Source: Bacilli bacterium (lineage in GTDB: Bacteria; Bacillota_I; Bacilli_A; RFN20; CAG-826). Taken from it: a DNA stretch of 64,000 bases. Below are positions 37,161-46,554 of the stretch, piece after piece. The position numbers were made by a program, and so were the translations under genes. How positions within the stretch are numbered: position 1 is the stretch's first letter; each line of letters starts with the position of its first letter. The notes under the pieces are model-generated. The model ran no database searches. It had not been told where the DNA came from and saw nothing but the letters and a program-made list of their open reading frames with translations. Location of the stretch: positions 1 to 64,000 of the forward strand of contig JAZLKX010000001.1 of assembly GCA_045597865.1 (NCBI GenBank). The letters are read 5' to 3'.

Positions 37161-37958
37161 TTATTTAATTATCTTTAATAAATCTGATAAAGTAATGCTT
37201 TCAAGGCGAGTTGCAATCGCTAATGAATTTCCTATATCTTTAAGTGAACAACCTATGTGGTAGCCAACCCCATCTGCAAAAATAAATCGATCATGAAATG
37301 CTTTTGTCTTTTTTACATCATAAATAGCATTGCTTTCAATTGGGTTGTTTGGGTCTGTAATAATTGTAGTAGAAACATTAATTTCTTTTAAAACACCATC
37401 AAATGAATGATCAAAATAATCATCAATAATGTAAATAGATTGTTTAGCAGTTTCTAAGAACTTTTTAATTGATAAGTAGCCTTCTAATTGTTCGCCTTTA
37501 CAAAATGTTAGTTCGTGCAGTTGTTTTTCTCTAATCTCGTATATTTGATTTTGCAAGTGATTAATTTTATCTCTGCATTCAAGGCATGTTGCTTCGTTTA
37601 TTGAATAACCTTCAATAGAATATCCTTCAAGTATTTTTTCTGCCCAGTTTCTAAAAGATTTTGCTATGTCACTTTTTATAACCCAACCCAAATAAATTAA
37701 TACTTTCAAATTATAATAGGCGACTTCATACTCTTTACCATCGTTTCCAGTTGTAAACCAAAAGTTGACAACTTGATTTTTATTTAATTCTTCTGAGGCA
37801 AATAATTTATTTATATGCTTAGATATATTTTGTTTTGTTGTTTGAAAAATCGTTGCTAATTGTTGTTGGTTTAACCATACAGTTCTATTAGCTAAATGAA
37901 CATCAAGCTTAAGTTCACCAGTTTCATAAATAATAATATTTTGTTCTAAGTTGTTCAT
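37161..37958 (-). CDS. RhuM-family protein with PLD-like C-terminal domain
   Basis: MNNLEQNIIIYE...TVWLNQQQLATIF..TKQNISKHI...YYNL; C-terminal IYIIDDY, FHDRFIF..GYHIGCSLKD; AAGGA RBS. Confidence 0.78.
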   Translation of the reverse strand: MNNLEQNIIIYETGELKLDVHLANRTVWLNQQQLATIFQTTKQNISKHINKLFASEELNKNQVVNFWFTTGNDGKEYEVAYYNLKVLIYLGWVIKSDIAKSFRNWAEKILEGYSIEGYSINEATCLECRDKINHLQNQIYEIREKQLHELTFCKGEQLEGYLSIKKFLETAKQSIYIIDDYFDHSFDGVLKEINVSTTIITDPNNPIESNAIYDVKKTKAFHDRFIFADGVGYHIGCSLKDIGNSLAIATRLESITLSDLLKIIK

Positions 37959-38193
37959 AAAATCTTCCTTGCCCATTAATCTGAACAGCATTTTTTGCCG
38001 ATGAGATAATTTCGTTTTGTTCTTTTTCGGCATATATGTTTTTGATGTGTTTTCCAATAACACTTGGATCACGATCAAAAAGTTTGCCCATTTCTTCAAG
38101 AGTTAACCAAACAGTATCTTCCGTTGGAGAAACATTAACTGGTAATGAGAAGTCACCATCTTTAAATGTTAATATTTCAAATTTTTGTTCCAT
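37924..38193 (-). pseudogene. Truncated RhuM N-terminus (89 aa)
   Basis: TVWLTLEEMGKLFDRDPSVIGKHIKNIY; ends inside the start of the next RhuM gene. Confidence 0.7.
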
Positions 38194-38354
38194 TTAATAT
38201 CTCCTTTATACTGAAAATAAATAAAATCAAATAATGCTGTGTTTGCATTTTTAACAATTATAATATGCAGTAAATGTAAAATCAACATAATTAATAATTA
38301 TTTTATTTATTTTCTGCATAATGATATGATAGTAAAGGAAGAGGGAATAATGAT

Positions 38355-38687
38355 ATGGACAAGATAGAGGAAGAAATAGCAGGTAGAATAAAAGAAATGA
38401 TGGATAAACGTAAGGTGAACCAAAGCGAACTTGCTCGTGAGCTTGGAGTTCACCAATATGACATTTCACGTATGTTAAATGGCAAACCATTTCCATCCAT
38501 TTCTCAACTAACCATGATAGCGAACTATCTAGATTGTTCTTTGTATTATCTAATTGGAATACAAGAAGAATCGTATCGTGAGCTATCACCAGAAACTAGA
38601 AAGATTGCAGATGCATATCAATCTGCTAATGAAACAATCAAAGCAGTAGTGGATCTAGTACTCACAAATAAACAAATAACTAAATAA
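38355..38687 (+). CDS. XRE-family regulator, copy 1
   Basis: VNQSELARELGV...ISRMLNGK.FPS...IANYLDCSLYYLIG. Confidence 0.9.
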   Translation: MDKIEEEIAGRIKEMMDKRKVNQSELARELGVHQYDISRMLNGKPFPSISQLTMIANYLDCSLYYLIGIQEESYRELSPETRKIADAYQSANETIKAVVDLVLTNKQITK

Positions 38688-38688
38688 T

Positions 38689-38755
38689 AAAGATAACACC
38701 TGATTATGCATTGAACGTAATAATTTATAAGTGAAATGCTAAGGTGTTTTCTTTT
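38689..38755 (+). repeat. Hairpin element A, copy 2
   Basis: AAAGATAACACCT...GCATTGAACGT...AGTGAAATGCTAAGGTGTTTTCTTTT. Confidence 0.9.
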
Positions 38756-38762
38756 AATATTG

Positions 38763-39040
38763 GAAGCATTAGTTGATGCATGCTTCGCACTCGCTGGAAT
38801 AGACGAAAAGAATCTACTCCAAGCAGTGGAAGTCGCAATCAATAATAAAGCTGGTTGTCATCCAGTAGATAATTACATTGATACTAATGTATCTGATAAA
38901 ATAGTAAAACTAATCCAATCTTATGTTGGAGTAGTAAATAAAATGGTTTGGAGAAAAGAATAACTCCAAACCTTTTCCTTCTCTTTTGCATATTCTTAAG
39001 TGAACGTACTTTTAGTAGTGAACTTCATTTGCAAAAGAGC
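38763..39040 (+). pseudogene. fnlC 3' fragment plus hairpin B, copy 3
   Basis: Encodes EALVDACFALAGIDEK...NKMVWRKE. Confidence 0.92.
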
Positions 39041-39046
39041 ACGTTT

Positions 39047-39460
39047 TTAGCAATCGTTGTTAATTATCTCAAGCATTTGAGCAGGAGTGACTACAAAATC
39101 TCTCTCAGGAAAATGTTTGATATTTCCGGTTACTAAATAAGTGTCATCAACTAATCTTGAAGACATAACAATTTTAAAGAATTTTGCATCATCTTCATGA
39201 ATGAATTTTTCTTGTATTTCAACTGGATCCATTTCTCTTCCAAAATCTTCAATTAGTGAAAGAGTCATTTTTATTTTTGCTGGTGAAAAACCAAATTTGT
39301 TTCGAATTAGTACTTCTTCATATTCTGCTATTATTTCTTTATTAAAGACAGGTATTATTTTTTCTTCAACTACTAAATCAAGAATTTGCCAAGGTATCGA
39401 TCCTTCCTTTAATAAAGCAGACACAATAACGTTTGTGTCAATAACAGCATAATAATTCAT
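39047..39460 (-). CDS. PIN-domain toxin (paralogue of 20603-21013)
   Basis: AVIDTNVIVSALL, DDAKFF, LVTGNIKHFP. Confidence 0.88.
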   Translation of the reverse strand: MNYYAVIDTNVIVSALLKEGSIPWQILDLVVEEKIIPVFNKEIIAEYEEVLIRNKFGFSPAKIKMTLSLIEDFGREMDPVEIQEKFIHEDDAKFFKIVMSSRLVDDTYLVTGNIKHFPERDFVVTPAQMLEIINNDC

Positions 39461-39475
39461 ATGAAACTCCTTGCG

Positions 39476-39760
39476 CTATTTTTTAGCGTTTCTAGTTTCG
39501 GTGATTATCTCATTAATTTCTTCAAGAGTAATTTCGCTGTTTCCGTTTGCTTTTGAAATATCATTCATTTCTTTGATCGCTGCACGTAATTCAGCTTTCT
39601 TTTGTTCGTTTCTTAATTCAAATGGCATTCCATTAACTGCCACACTTTTTTTAAGAAACATTCTAACGGCAGTGGATAAGTCTATCCCTAGTGAGTTAAA
39701 AATTTCTGTTGCTTGATTTTTGAGATCTTCATCGATCCTAATCTGTAACATTGTCCCCAT
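39476..39760 (-). CDS. RelB/DinJ-family antitoxin
   Basis: LQIRIDEDLKNQA...LGIDLSTAVRMFL...GMPFE. Confidence 0.88.
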   Translation of the reverse strand: MGTMLQIRIDEDLKNQATEIFNSLGIDLSTAVRMFLKKSVAVNGMPFELRNEQKKAELRAAIKEMNDISKANGNSEITLEEINEIITETRNAKK

Positions 39761-39841
39761 AATATTTCCTATCCATCTTCCTTCTTGTAATAATAGTGTA
39801 ATGACAATGTCGTAATTTGTCAATACTTAAATTAATAAAAT

Positions 39842-39881
39842 GATAATACCTGATTAAGCATTGAGCGTAATAATCTATAAG
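39842..39881 (+). repeat. Hairpin element A, left half only
   Basis: GATAATACCTGATTAAGCATTGAGCGTAATAATCTATAAG. Confidence 0.8.
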
Positions 39882-39977
39882 CCATTAAATATTTTTTTGG
39901 CTCTCTTGTATAACTAATTAGTCTAGAATTTGCCAGTACTCTTGTAAATTGATGTCTAAAATGTATAATAATACATT

Positions 39978-42221
39978 ATGATAGATTTTTCCAATATCGA
40001 TGATTACGAATTTGAGCAACTATGTGCTGAAATTTTATCAAAAATTTTAAAGACTCAATTTAGGACATTTGCAAAAGGACCAGATAAGGGAATAGACATT
40101 AGAAAAACTAACGGTGACGATAAAATCATTGGCCAAGCAAAAAACGTTAGGAGTGTCAGTGGTGTTTTTGCTAGTGAACTTAATAAAATTAAAAAAACCG
40201 GCTGTAAAAAATATTATTTATTTATCGGATGTGCTCTAAGCGCAGACCACACAACTAAAATATTTAATGAATTTAAAGATTATATGGATGATGAATCTTT
40301 TATTTTTGATGCTAATACATTAGATAAATTATTATCTACTAGTGAATATAAAGAAATACTTTCTAATCACTTTAAGCTATGGGCGGTTAACAAACAGGCA
40401 ATTGAATTATTAAAATCTAATGATATTTCTATTGATACTGATACATTGAAAAGTAGAATCCAAAAACACAGTTGTTTTTATGTCGACACAAGAGATTACA
40501 AAAACGCTTTACTAGAACTACTAAGTAATAGAATCATATTACTTGAAGGAAATGCTGGAGTTGGAAAATCTACCATATCCGAAATGATTGTGCTTTCTCT
40601 TATGTCAAAATTTGATAAATATAACGTTATTTATTCTTCAAGTTCAGATGTTGATAAGGTCAAAAATGCATTAAGCATGGATCCGGAAATCACAAATATT
40701 ATTTATATTGATGATTTTTTAGGCTCTTTTTATTCTAATTTGACTTTAGGAGGAACGAATTCAATTTGTTCTCTGGTTAATTTTGTATTAAGCCATTGCA
40801 ATAATTTTCTTATATTAAATACAAGAGGAGTTATTTTAAAAGAAGCTAATAGAAAATATATTGATTTTGAAAAGACAATAAATTCGCTAAAAATTAAAAA
40901 GGTAAAAATAGATAATATTTCTAAATTTGATAAAGCAAGAATACTATTTAATCACATAGTTTCTTCTGATTTAACGGATAAAGTTAAAAACGAAATAGTT
41001 ACCAAGAAATTTTATAATCAAATAATAAATCATAAAAACTATAATCCAAGGTCTATTGAATATATTTGTAGTAATAAAAATTTTGAAAATTCTGGCTTTT
41101 TGAATTACACGGATTTCTCAATTAATGCCTTAGACAATCAAGAAAAAACTTGGGAACATGCATATTTGAATAATTTAAGTGATGTTGATAGAGTGTTTTT
41201 GCTGGTTTTATATTCGTTAACTTTTGAAACTGAATCTATAAGCCTATCTATTTTAGAAAAGGCTTTTAATAACGAAATTAAAAATGGATATTCTATTGAT
41301 ACGACAGTAGATAATTTTGAAATTTCTTACAAACGTTTGCTTGAATCATTCATAACAAAAATCATCATTGGCGATGATAATTATATTGCGTTTGCCAATC
41401 CATCTGTTAAGGAATGTATTTCTAAACATGAATTTATAAACAAAAATTCTTTTATCTATGGGGATCAATACTTCGCAAAAAAAGATTTCCTTAAATCTAA
41501 GGAATTCGAAAAATTAATTGAGGATGGAACATTTAGTAAACTTGATTATGTTCGAATGGATTATAGTCTTGTTTTAGCTTTGTATTTAATTGAGAATTCT
41601 CATAACGATCCAAAATATAACACTTTTTTATTAAGCGCCCTTAACAGAGATTATTCAAAAAACAATTCAATTTATGCCGGTCATAGAAATTCTGATATTT
41701 TTAGGGCTCTTTTTTACTTACCTATATTTGATAATTTGGATTTTAATCAAATTGATAATAAGTTTCTTGATTCTTTCGTTCTTTCTTGTATTAAGTTTAT
41801 CGACGACAGATATATTGAGGATATATTTGATAAAATTGAAGATATTAGTTCTCTATTAAACGATAACGATGATGTAAAATCTGAGATAATTAATTTAGTT
41901 GAAGATAGTGTTTATGTTGATGACATAATCGAACGCAACATTGAATATTTTGATGACGAAACTGAATTTAATGAAGATGCTGCTAATGACGAACTGGTTG
42001 ATGCAATAGATGATGAATTAAATCAAAATAATTTATATAGTTTATTACGTAATTCTTATGATTTTGAAATAGATAGCAACGATATTGATAATTTTAAAAA
42101 TACCGATGTATATGATGAGTACAGATTTAGAACTAATGATTGGGTGTCTAGCAGCCACACAGTTATTGATGATAATAATGATGATAAAGAATATGAAACA
42201 ATGTTTTTATCATTAGTGTAA
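39978..42221 (+). CDS. Mrr-like restriction endonuclease fused to P-loop NTPase (nSTAND3-like), putative defence protein
   Basis: EFEQLC...GPDKGID...IGQAK; GNAGVGKST; IYIDDFLG; LNTR; YNPRSIE; very acidic C-terminus. Confidence 0.75.
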   Translation: MIDFSNIDDYEFEQLCAEILSKILKTQFRTFAKGPDKGIDIRKTNGDDKIIGQAKNVRSVSGVFASELNKIKKTGCKKYYLFIGCALSADHTTKIFNEFKDYMDDESFIFDANTLDKLLSTSEYKEILSNHFKLWAVNKQAIELLKSNDISIDTDTLKSRIQKHSCFYVDTRDYKNALLELLSNRIILLEGNAGVGKSTISEMIVLSLMSKFDKYNVIYSSSSDVDKVKNALSMDPEITNIIYIDDFLGSFYSNLTLGGTNSICSLVNFVLSHCNNFLILNTRGVILKEANRKYIDFEKTINSLKIKKVKIDNISKFDKARILFNHIVSSDLTDKVKNEIVTKKFYNQIINHKNYNPRSIEYICSNKNFENSGFLNYTDFSINALDNQEKTWEHAYLNNLSDVDRVFLLVLYSLTFETESISLSILEKAFNNEIKNGYSIDTTVDNFEISYKRLLESFITKIIIGDDNYIAFANPSVKECISKHEFINKNSFIYGDQYFAKKDFLKSKEFEKLIEDGTFSKLDYVRMDYSLVLALYLIENSHNDPKYNTFLLSALNRDYSKNNSIYAGHRNSDIFRALFYLPIFDNLDFNQIDNKFLDSFVLSCIKFIDDRYIEDIFDKIEDISSLLNDNDDVKSEIINLVEDSVYVDDIIERNIEYFDDETEFNEDAANDELVDAIDDELNQNNLYSLLRNSYDFEIDSNDIDNFKNTDVYDEYRFRTNDWVSSSHTVIDDNNDDKEYETMFLSLV

Positions 42222-42283
42222 GCAAAATTTATTCGTTAAATAACTGACACTAGAATGATTGATGTTAAGTTATATTGTAAATA

Positions 42284-42571
42284 ATATTGTTCTATGCTAA
42301 AGAAGATTGCTTACCTATTATTAAAAAGAGATAGAAAGATATTAAAGCAATTTAAGTATTAAGTGACTATTTAACAATATGTCATATATGTGTAGTCTAT
42401 AAAATAATATGGCTTCACTTTTAATGTTCTTCAATAATATAAACCAAGTGTATGTAATAACTGAGTTCTAATTAAAGTAAGAGATCAGCAAATATCTTTT
42501 GCTAATCTTTTACCAATCTCTTTTCTTGATAGAGAAGCGTAAGCAAGTTCTCGTATAGCAAGAAAAGCCGG
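42284..42571 (+). repeat. Repeat C, copy 1 (starts with relic of an ABC-flippase 5' end)
   Basis: Near-identical to 43950-44236; 42294-42362 reads MLKKIAYLLLKRDRKILKQFKY. Confidence 0.9.
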
Positions 42572-42583
42572 TTCAGGGTAATG

Positions 42584-43384
42584 TTATTTAATCAACTTTA
42601 ATAAGTCTGATAAAGTAATGCTTTCAAGGCGAGTTGCAATCGCTAATGAGTTTCCTATATCTTTAAGTGAACAACCTAGGTGGTAGCCAACTCCATCTAC
42701 AAAAATAAATCGATCATGAAATGCTTTGGTCTTTTTTACATCAAAAATTTCGTTACTTTCAATTGGGTTGTTTGGGTCTGTAATAATTGTAGTAGAAACA
42801 TTAATTTCTTTTAAAACATCATCAAATGAATGATCAAAGTAGTCATCAATAATGTAGATAGATTGTTTTGCTGTTTCTAAAAACTTTTTAATTGATAAGT
42901 ATCCTTCAAATTGCTCTCCTTTTTGAAAGCTTATTTCGTGATTCTTTTTTGCTTCAATTTCGTTGATCCTTCTAGTATTTTCTTGGACCATTTGAATAGT
43001 TTGTAATAATGGGGCGCACTCATCACATTTACAAGGTGGGGCATATTTGTTTGCTAATCCAGAATTAATTACTTCTATTGCCCATTTTCTAAATTCAATT
43101 GCAATGATACTGTTAATTTTGAACCCTATCGACATAATCATTTCTTTATTATAATACTTTGTATTATATGATTTGCCATCTTTTGCAGTATGTCGGAAAA
43201 AACGACAAACTGATTTCTCGTCTTGTTCTTTTGTGGAAAATATGTTTTGAATATGCTCTGTTACATTTGAATGAGAACTACCAAATAGATGCTCAATATC
43301 CTTTTGACAAAGCCAAACATTTCCTTCTTCTAGTTTTGCTTCAACACCGAATGCATTTTTTATGATTATGTCATAGTTTCCCAT
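42584..43384 (-). CDS. RhuM-family protein with PLD-like C-terminal domain, copy 2
   Basis: VWLCQKDIEHLF...HIQNIF...TAKDGKSYNTKYYN...FRKWA; C-terminus near-identical to the 37161 gene. Confidence 0.8.
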   Translation of the reverse strand: MGNYDIIIKNAFGVEAKLEEGNVWLCQKDIEHLFGSSHSNVTEHIQNIFSTKEQDEKSVCRFFRHTAKDGKSYNTKYYNKEMIMSIGFKINSIIAIEFRKWAIEVINSGLANKYAPPCKCDECAPLLQTIQMVQENTRRINEIEAKKNHEISFQKGEQFEGYLSIKKFLETAKQSIYIIDDYFDHSFDDVLKEINVSTTIITDPNNPIESNEIFDVKKTKAFHDRFIFVDGVGYHLGCSLKDIGNSLAIATRLESITLSDLLKLIK

Positions 43385-43545
43385 CTCTTGTCTCCTTTAT
43401 GCTGAAAATAAATAAAATCAAATAATGCTGTGCTTGCATTTTTAACAATTATAATATGCATTAAATGTAAAATCAACATAATTAATAATTATTTTATTTA
43501 TTTTCTGCATAATGCTATGATAGTAATGGAAGAGGGAACAAGGAT

Positions 43546-43878
43546 ATGGATAAGATAGAGGAAGAAATAGCAGGTAGAATAAAAGAAATGATGGATAAAC
43601 GTAAGGTGAACCAAAGCGAACTTGCAAGTGAGCTTGGAGTTCACCAATATGACATTTCACGTATGTTAAATGGCAAACCATTTCCATCTATTTCTCAACT
43701 CAATATGATAGCGAACTATTTAGATTGTTCTATGTATTACTTAATTGGAATACAAAAAGAATCATATCGTGAGCTATCACCAGAAACTAGAAAGATCGCA
43801 GATGCATATCAGTCCGCTAATGAAACAATCAAAGCAGTAGTGGATCTAGTACTCACCAATAAACAAATTAATAAATAA
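43546..43878 (+). CDS. XRE-family regulator, copy 2
   Basis: Near-identical to 38355-38687. Confidence 0.9.
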   Translation: MDKIEEEIAGRIKEMMDKRKVNQSELASELGVHQYDISRMLNGKPFPSISQLNMIANYLDCSMYYLIGIQKESYRELSPETRKIADAYQSANETIKAVVDLVLTNKQINK

Positions 43879-43879
43879 T

Positions 43880-43947
43880 AAAAGATAACACCTGACAAAG
43901 CATTGAACGTAATAATCTATAAGTGAAATGCTCAGGTGTTTTCTTTT
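43880..43947 (+). repeat. Hairpin element A, copy 4
   Basis: AAAAGATAACACCTGA CAA AGCATTGAACGT...AGTGAAATGCT CAGGTGTTTTCTTTT. Confidence 0.9.
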
Positions 43948-43949
43948 GT

Positions 43950-44236
43950 ATATTGTCCTATACTAAAGAAGATTGCTTACCTATTATTAAAAGAGATAGA
44001 AAGATATTAAAGCAATTTAAGTATTAAGTGACTATTTAACAATATGTCATATATGTGAAGTCCATAAAATAATATGGCTTCACTTTTAATGTTCTTCAAT
44101 AATATAAACAAAGTGTATGTAATAACTGAGTTCTAATTAAAGTAAGAGATCAGCAAATATGTTTTGCTAATCTTTTACCAGTCTCTTTTCTTGATAGAGA
44201 AGCGTAAGCAAGTTCTCGTATAACAAGAAAAGCCGG
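43950..44236 (+). repeat. Repeat C, copy 2
   Basis: Near-identical to 42284-42571; ATG changed to ATA and one A missing. Confidence 0.9.
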
Positions 44237-44275
44237 CCATATAGCCCCACGCAATTAAAGATGTATAGAATAATT

Positions 44276-45553
44276 CTAGTCTTGTTTCTGGAATGGTGAA
44301 GTATAAAGGAATGGTGTAGCTAATAAGAAGTATACATTTATTCCAAGAAGTAAAACTTCACTAAATATACCTATTAATATAATTAAAGAAATAAATAGAA
44401 GGGAGAAAAATAAATGTTCCCCTTTTCTTTTTATTACTTTGTAAATAACAAATGCTATAAAGCCTAAATATAAAGCAAATTTAATAATTCCACCCACAGC
44501 ATAGTTTTTTACATAGATGATATTGCCAGATGAACTATAAGGTAGAATAAGGCTTTGAACTCTTTCTCCGGCTCCAAACATAATACCTAATGGATAATTA
44601 ACTGACTGCATTAAATTTGATGAAGTTGCAAATCTGTCTTTAGTAATGGTGATGCCATCATTAATAAGACTGGTTTTGATATATGAACCTAAAGTTGCAA
44701 ATGGACCAAATGACATTGCAGGAACAAAGATAAGAAGATTTAAAATAAGTAAAATTGCAAAGCCTGCAAATAATGTAATCTCCCATTTCTTTTCATTTCC
44801 TTTGAGGTTATGAATGAGGTGGTGGATAAGTAGTGAAATTAAGATAATAACAATTGCAGTTAATGCAAGCCTGTTTTTGCTTAAGAATGCATTTACTAAG
44901 AAGAAAGCAGGGAATGCATATAACCAATATTTTTTTGTATTTAATCCAAGAATTACAGTAGATATTGTAGAAATTAATAAGATAAAACCATATATTTCGC
45001 TGTTGGTAAATATTGATGTAACAGGTGATGCAATCCCATATTCGCCTCTAAGTGACATTCCTATTTCTTTATATTGAAATATGTATGTGTATAGGCATAA
45101 TGCAACAGCAATACCTAGTAGGATGTATGAAATTAAATTTAACTTTTCATGATCGGTGGATTGATATTTAAAGATATAACAAGCAATAAATACAGAAATA
45201 ATATTTGAGAATATCATTCCAACTCCAATTACAGATTGAAGTGTAGGTATTTCAATATCTTTAATAAGTGGTGAAACAAATATAGTAACCATTTGAGTTA
45301 CCATATAAATAAGACATGGAATTAAAATCTTCTTGTTTGGCAACTTTCTATAACAAGCTAACCCAACTAAGAAAAGTAAAGCAAGAAGCCCAAAGATAAT
45401 TCCTCTATAAATGGTTCCAGCATTAGTAGATGCATCTAGTTTAAATGTAGATACATACGGCAAAAGAGCTAGTAAACCAAAACCAAATAGAAAATAGATT
45501 AAGTTTTTACATATAAATGAGATTAATTTTTGTTGCAAAATCTTTATATTCAT
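44276..45553 (-). CDS. Multi-pass membrane protein, O-antigen polymerase/ligase (Wzy-like)
   Basis: About 12 TM segments, SIFTNSE, SKNR, MFGAG loop pattern; polysaccharide context. Confidence 0.6.
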   Translation of the reverse strand: MNIKILQQKLISFICKNLIYFLFGFGLLALLPYVSTFKLDASTNAGTIYRGIIFGLLALLFLVGLACYRKLPNKKILIPCLIYMVTQMVTIFVSPLIKDIEIPTLQSVIGVGMIFSNIISVFIACYIFKYQSTDHEKLNLISYILLGIAVALCLYTYIFQYKEIGMSLRGEYGIASPVTSIFTNSEIYGFILLISTISTVILGLNTKKYWLYAFPAFFLVNAFLSKNRLALTAIVIILISLLIHHLIHNLKGNEKKWEITLFAGFAILLILNLLIFVPAMSFGPFATLGSYIKTSLINDGITITKDRFATSSNLMQSVNYPLGIMFGAGERVQSLILPYSSSGNIIYVKNYAVGGIIKFALYLGFIAFVIYKVIKRKGEHLFFSLLFISLIILIGIFSEVLLLGINVYFLLATPFLYTSPFQKQD

Positions 45554-45595
45554 ATCTTTTTCTATATTATTTTAAATTGCATCATCGATGAAGGC

Positions 45596-46465
45596 CTATA
45601 GTTCCTTCCTTAATAATTCGTAAGTTTTTGGATATTTGGTACATTCATTATCATTAAACATTTTGGTTAAAAAATCAACCTTTCCTGTCGGAAGATTAAG
45701 ATAGAATTCCGTAAAGTAATATAAGTATTCATCAATCGTATTTTCAACATACTTAATATTATTTTTTTGAAAAATTTCTTTTATCTTTTCGTAGTATTTT
45801 TTAGTAAAAATGGATAAAGATTTAAAATTGTTTGTAAAGATTAAGAAATAGAAAAAATCAAATAATGCTGTTCTTAATTTAATAGCGCCAATGTCTATAA
45901 AGGTAATTTTCTTATCATTAATAAATATGTTTGATGGGTTAGGATCGCCGTGTTGAAGGACATAAAGGATGCCGTTCTCAACTTTTTTACAAGTTGAATT
46001 TAAACTTAACTCTAGAAGCTGGTCCACAATTAGATTCATATCAACATCAGTTTTAACGTGACGACCTTGAATTTCTTGGGTTTTATAAATCTTAAATTCA
46101 TCATTAAATTCGTTTAATTTCGAACATGGATAGTTGAAATCTTTAAGAGTTGCATTAGCATTATTTTTCATTCGTGTGTAAAAATTAGGGTGTTTAAAAG
46201 CACTATAAACATAGCCATTATTTATTAAACAAATCTTTTGGGTGCCAAAACAAACTTTTCCATATTCTAATTTTGCATATTTATTTTTTGTTTTTACAAT
46301 AAAAAGAGAAGGTAATAAAAATATTTTATAAAAATTTTTAATAAAAATTTTTGATATTGTATCGTGACGATAATAATATATTCCGTTTGATAAAAGGCAA
46401 CGAAGCGGTGGAAGGAATTTTTTTGCTTGTCTGTAACTTTTTATTTTTGCTATTAAATTACGCAT
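45596..46465 (-). CDS. Aminoglycoside/choline-kinase-like phosphotransferase
   Basis: LQHGDPNPSNIF...FIDIG. Confidence 0.72.
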   Translation of the reverse strand: MRNLIAKIKSYRQAKKFLPPLRCLLSNGIYYYRHDTISKIFIKNFYKIFLLPSLFIVKTKNKYAKLEYGKVCFGTQKICLINNGYVYSAFKHPNFYTRMKNNANATLKDFNYPCSKLNEFNDEFKIYKTQEIQGRHVKTDVDMNLIVDQLLELSLNSTCKKVENGILYVLQHGDPNPSNIFINDKKITFIDIGAIKLRTALFDFFYFLIFTNNFKSLSIFTKKYYEKIKEIFQKNNIKYVENTIDEYLYYFTEFYLNLPTGKVDFLTKMFNDNECTKYPKTYELLRKEL

Positions 46466-46554
46466 AGTGTGTTGTTATTATAATACTTAAATGTGCAAAA
46501 ATAAACATTATTAAAATGCCTTTTTCAATAACTTATATTTAAATATAATTGATA

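Noticed and set aside
37924-38193. Programmed frameshift joining the two RhuM ORFs
   Set aside because: The downstream gene has its own RBS, ATG and complete RhuM N-terminus; no clear slippery site.
36770-38963. 75-aa ORFs at 36770 and 38736 as real genes
   Set aside because: Their starts lie inside hairpin A with no RBS; they are fnlC fragments.
33814-39040. Diversity-generating retroelement TR/VR pair
   Set aside because: Differences between copies are mostly synonymous and not adenine-specific; no reverse transcriptase.
36717-43947. Canonical integron with attC sites
   Set aside because: No IntI in the window, R boxes do not fit RYYYAAC/GTTRRRY, L-box spacing is wrong and the blocks contain divergent genes with their own promoters; kept only as an analogy.
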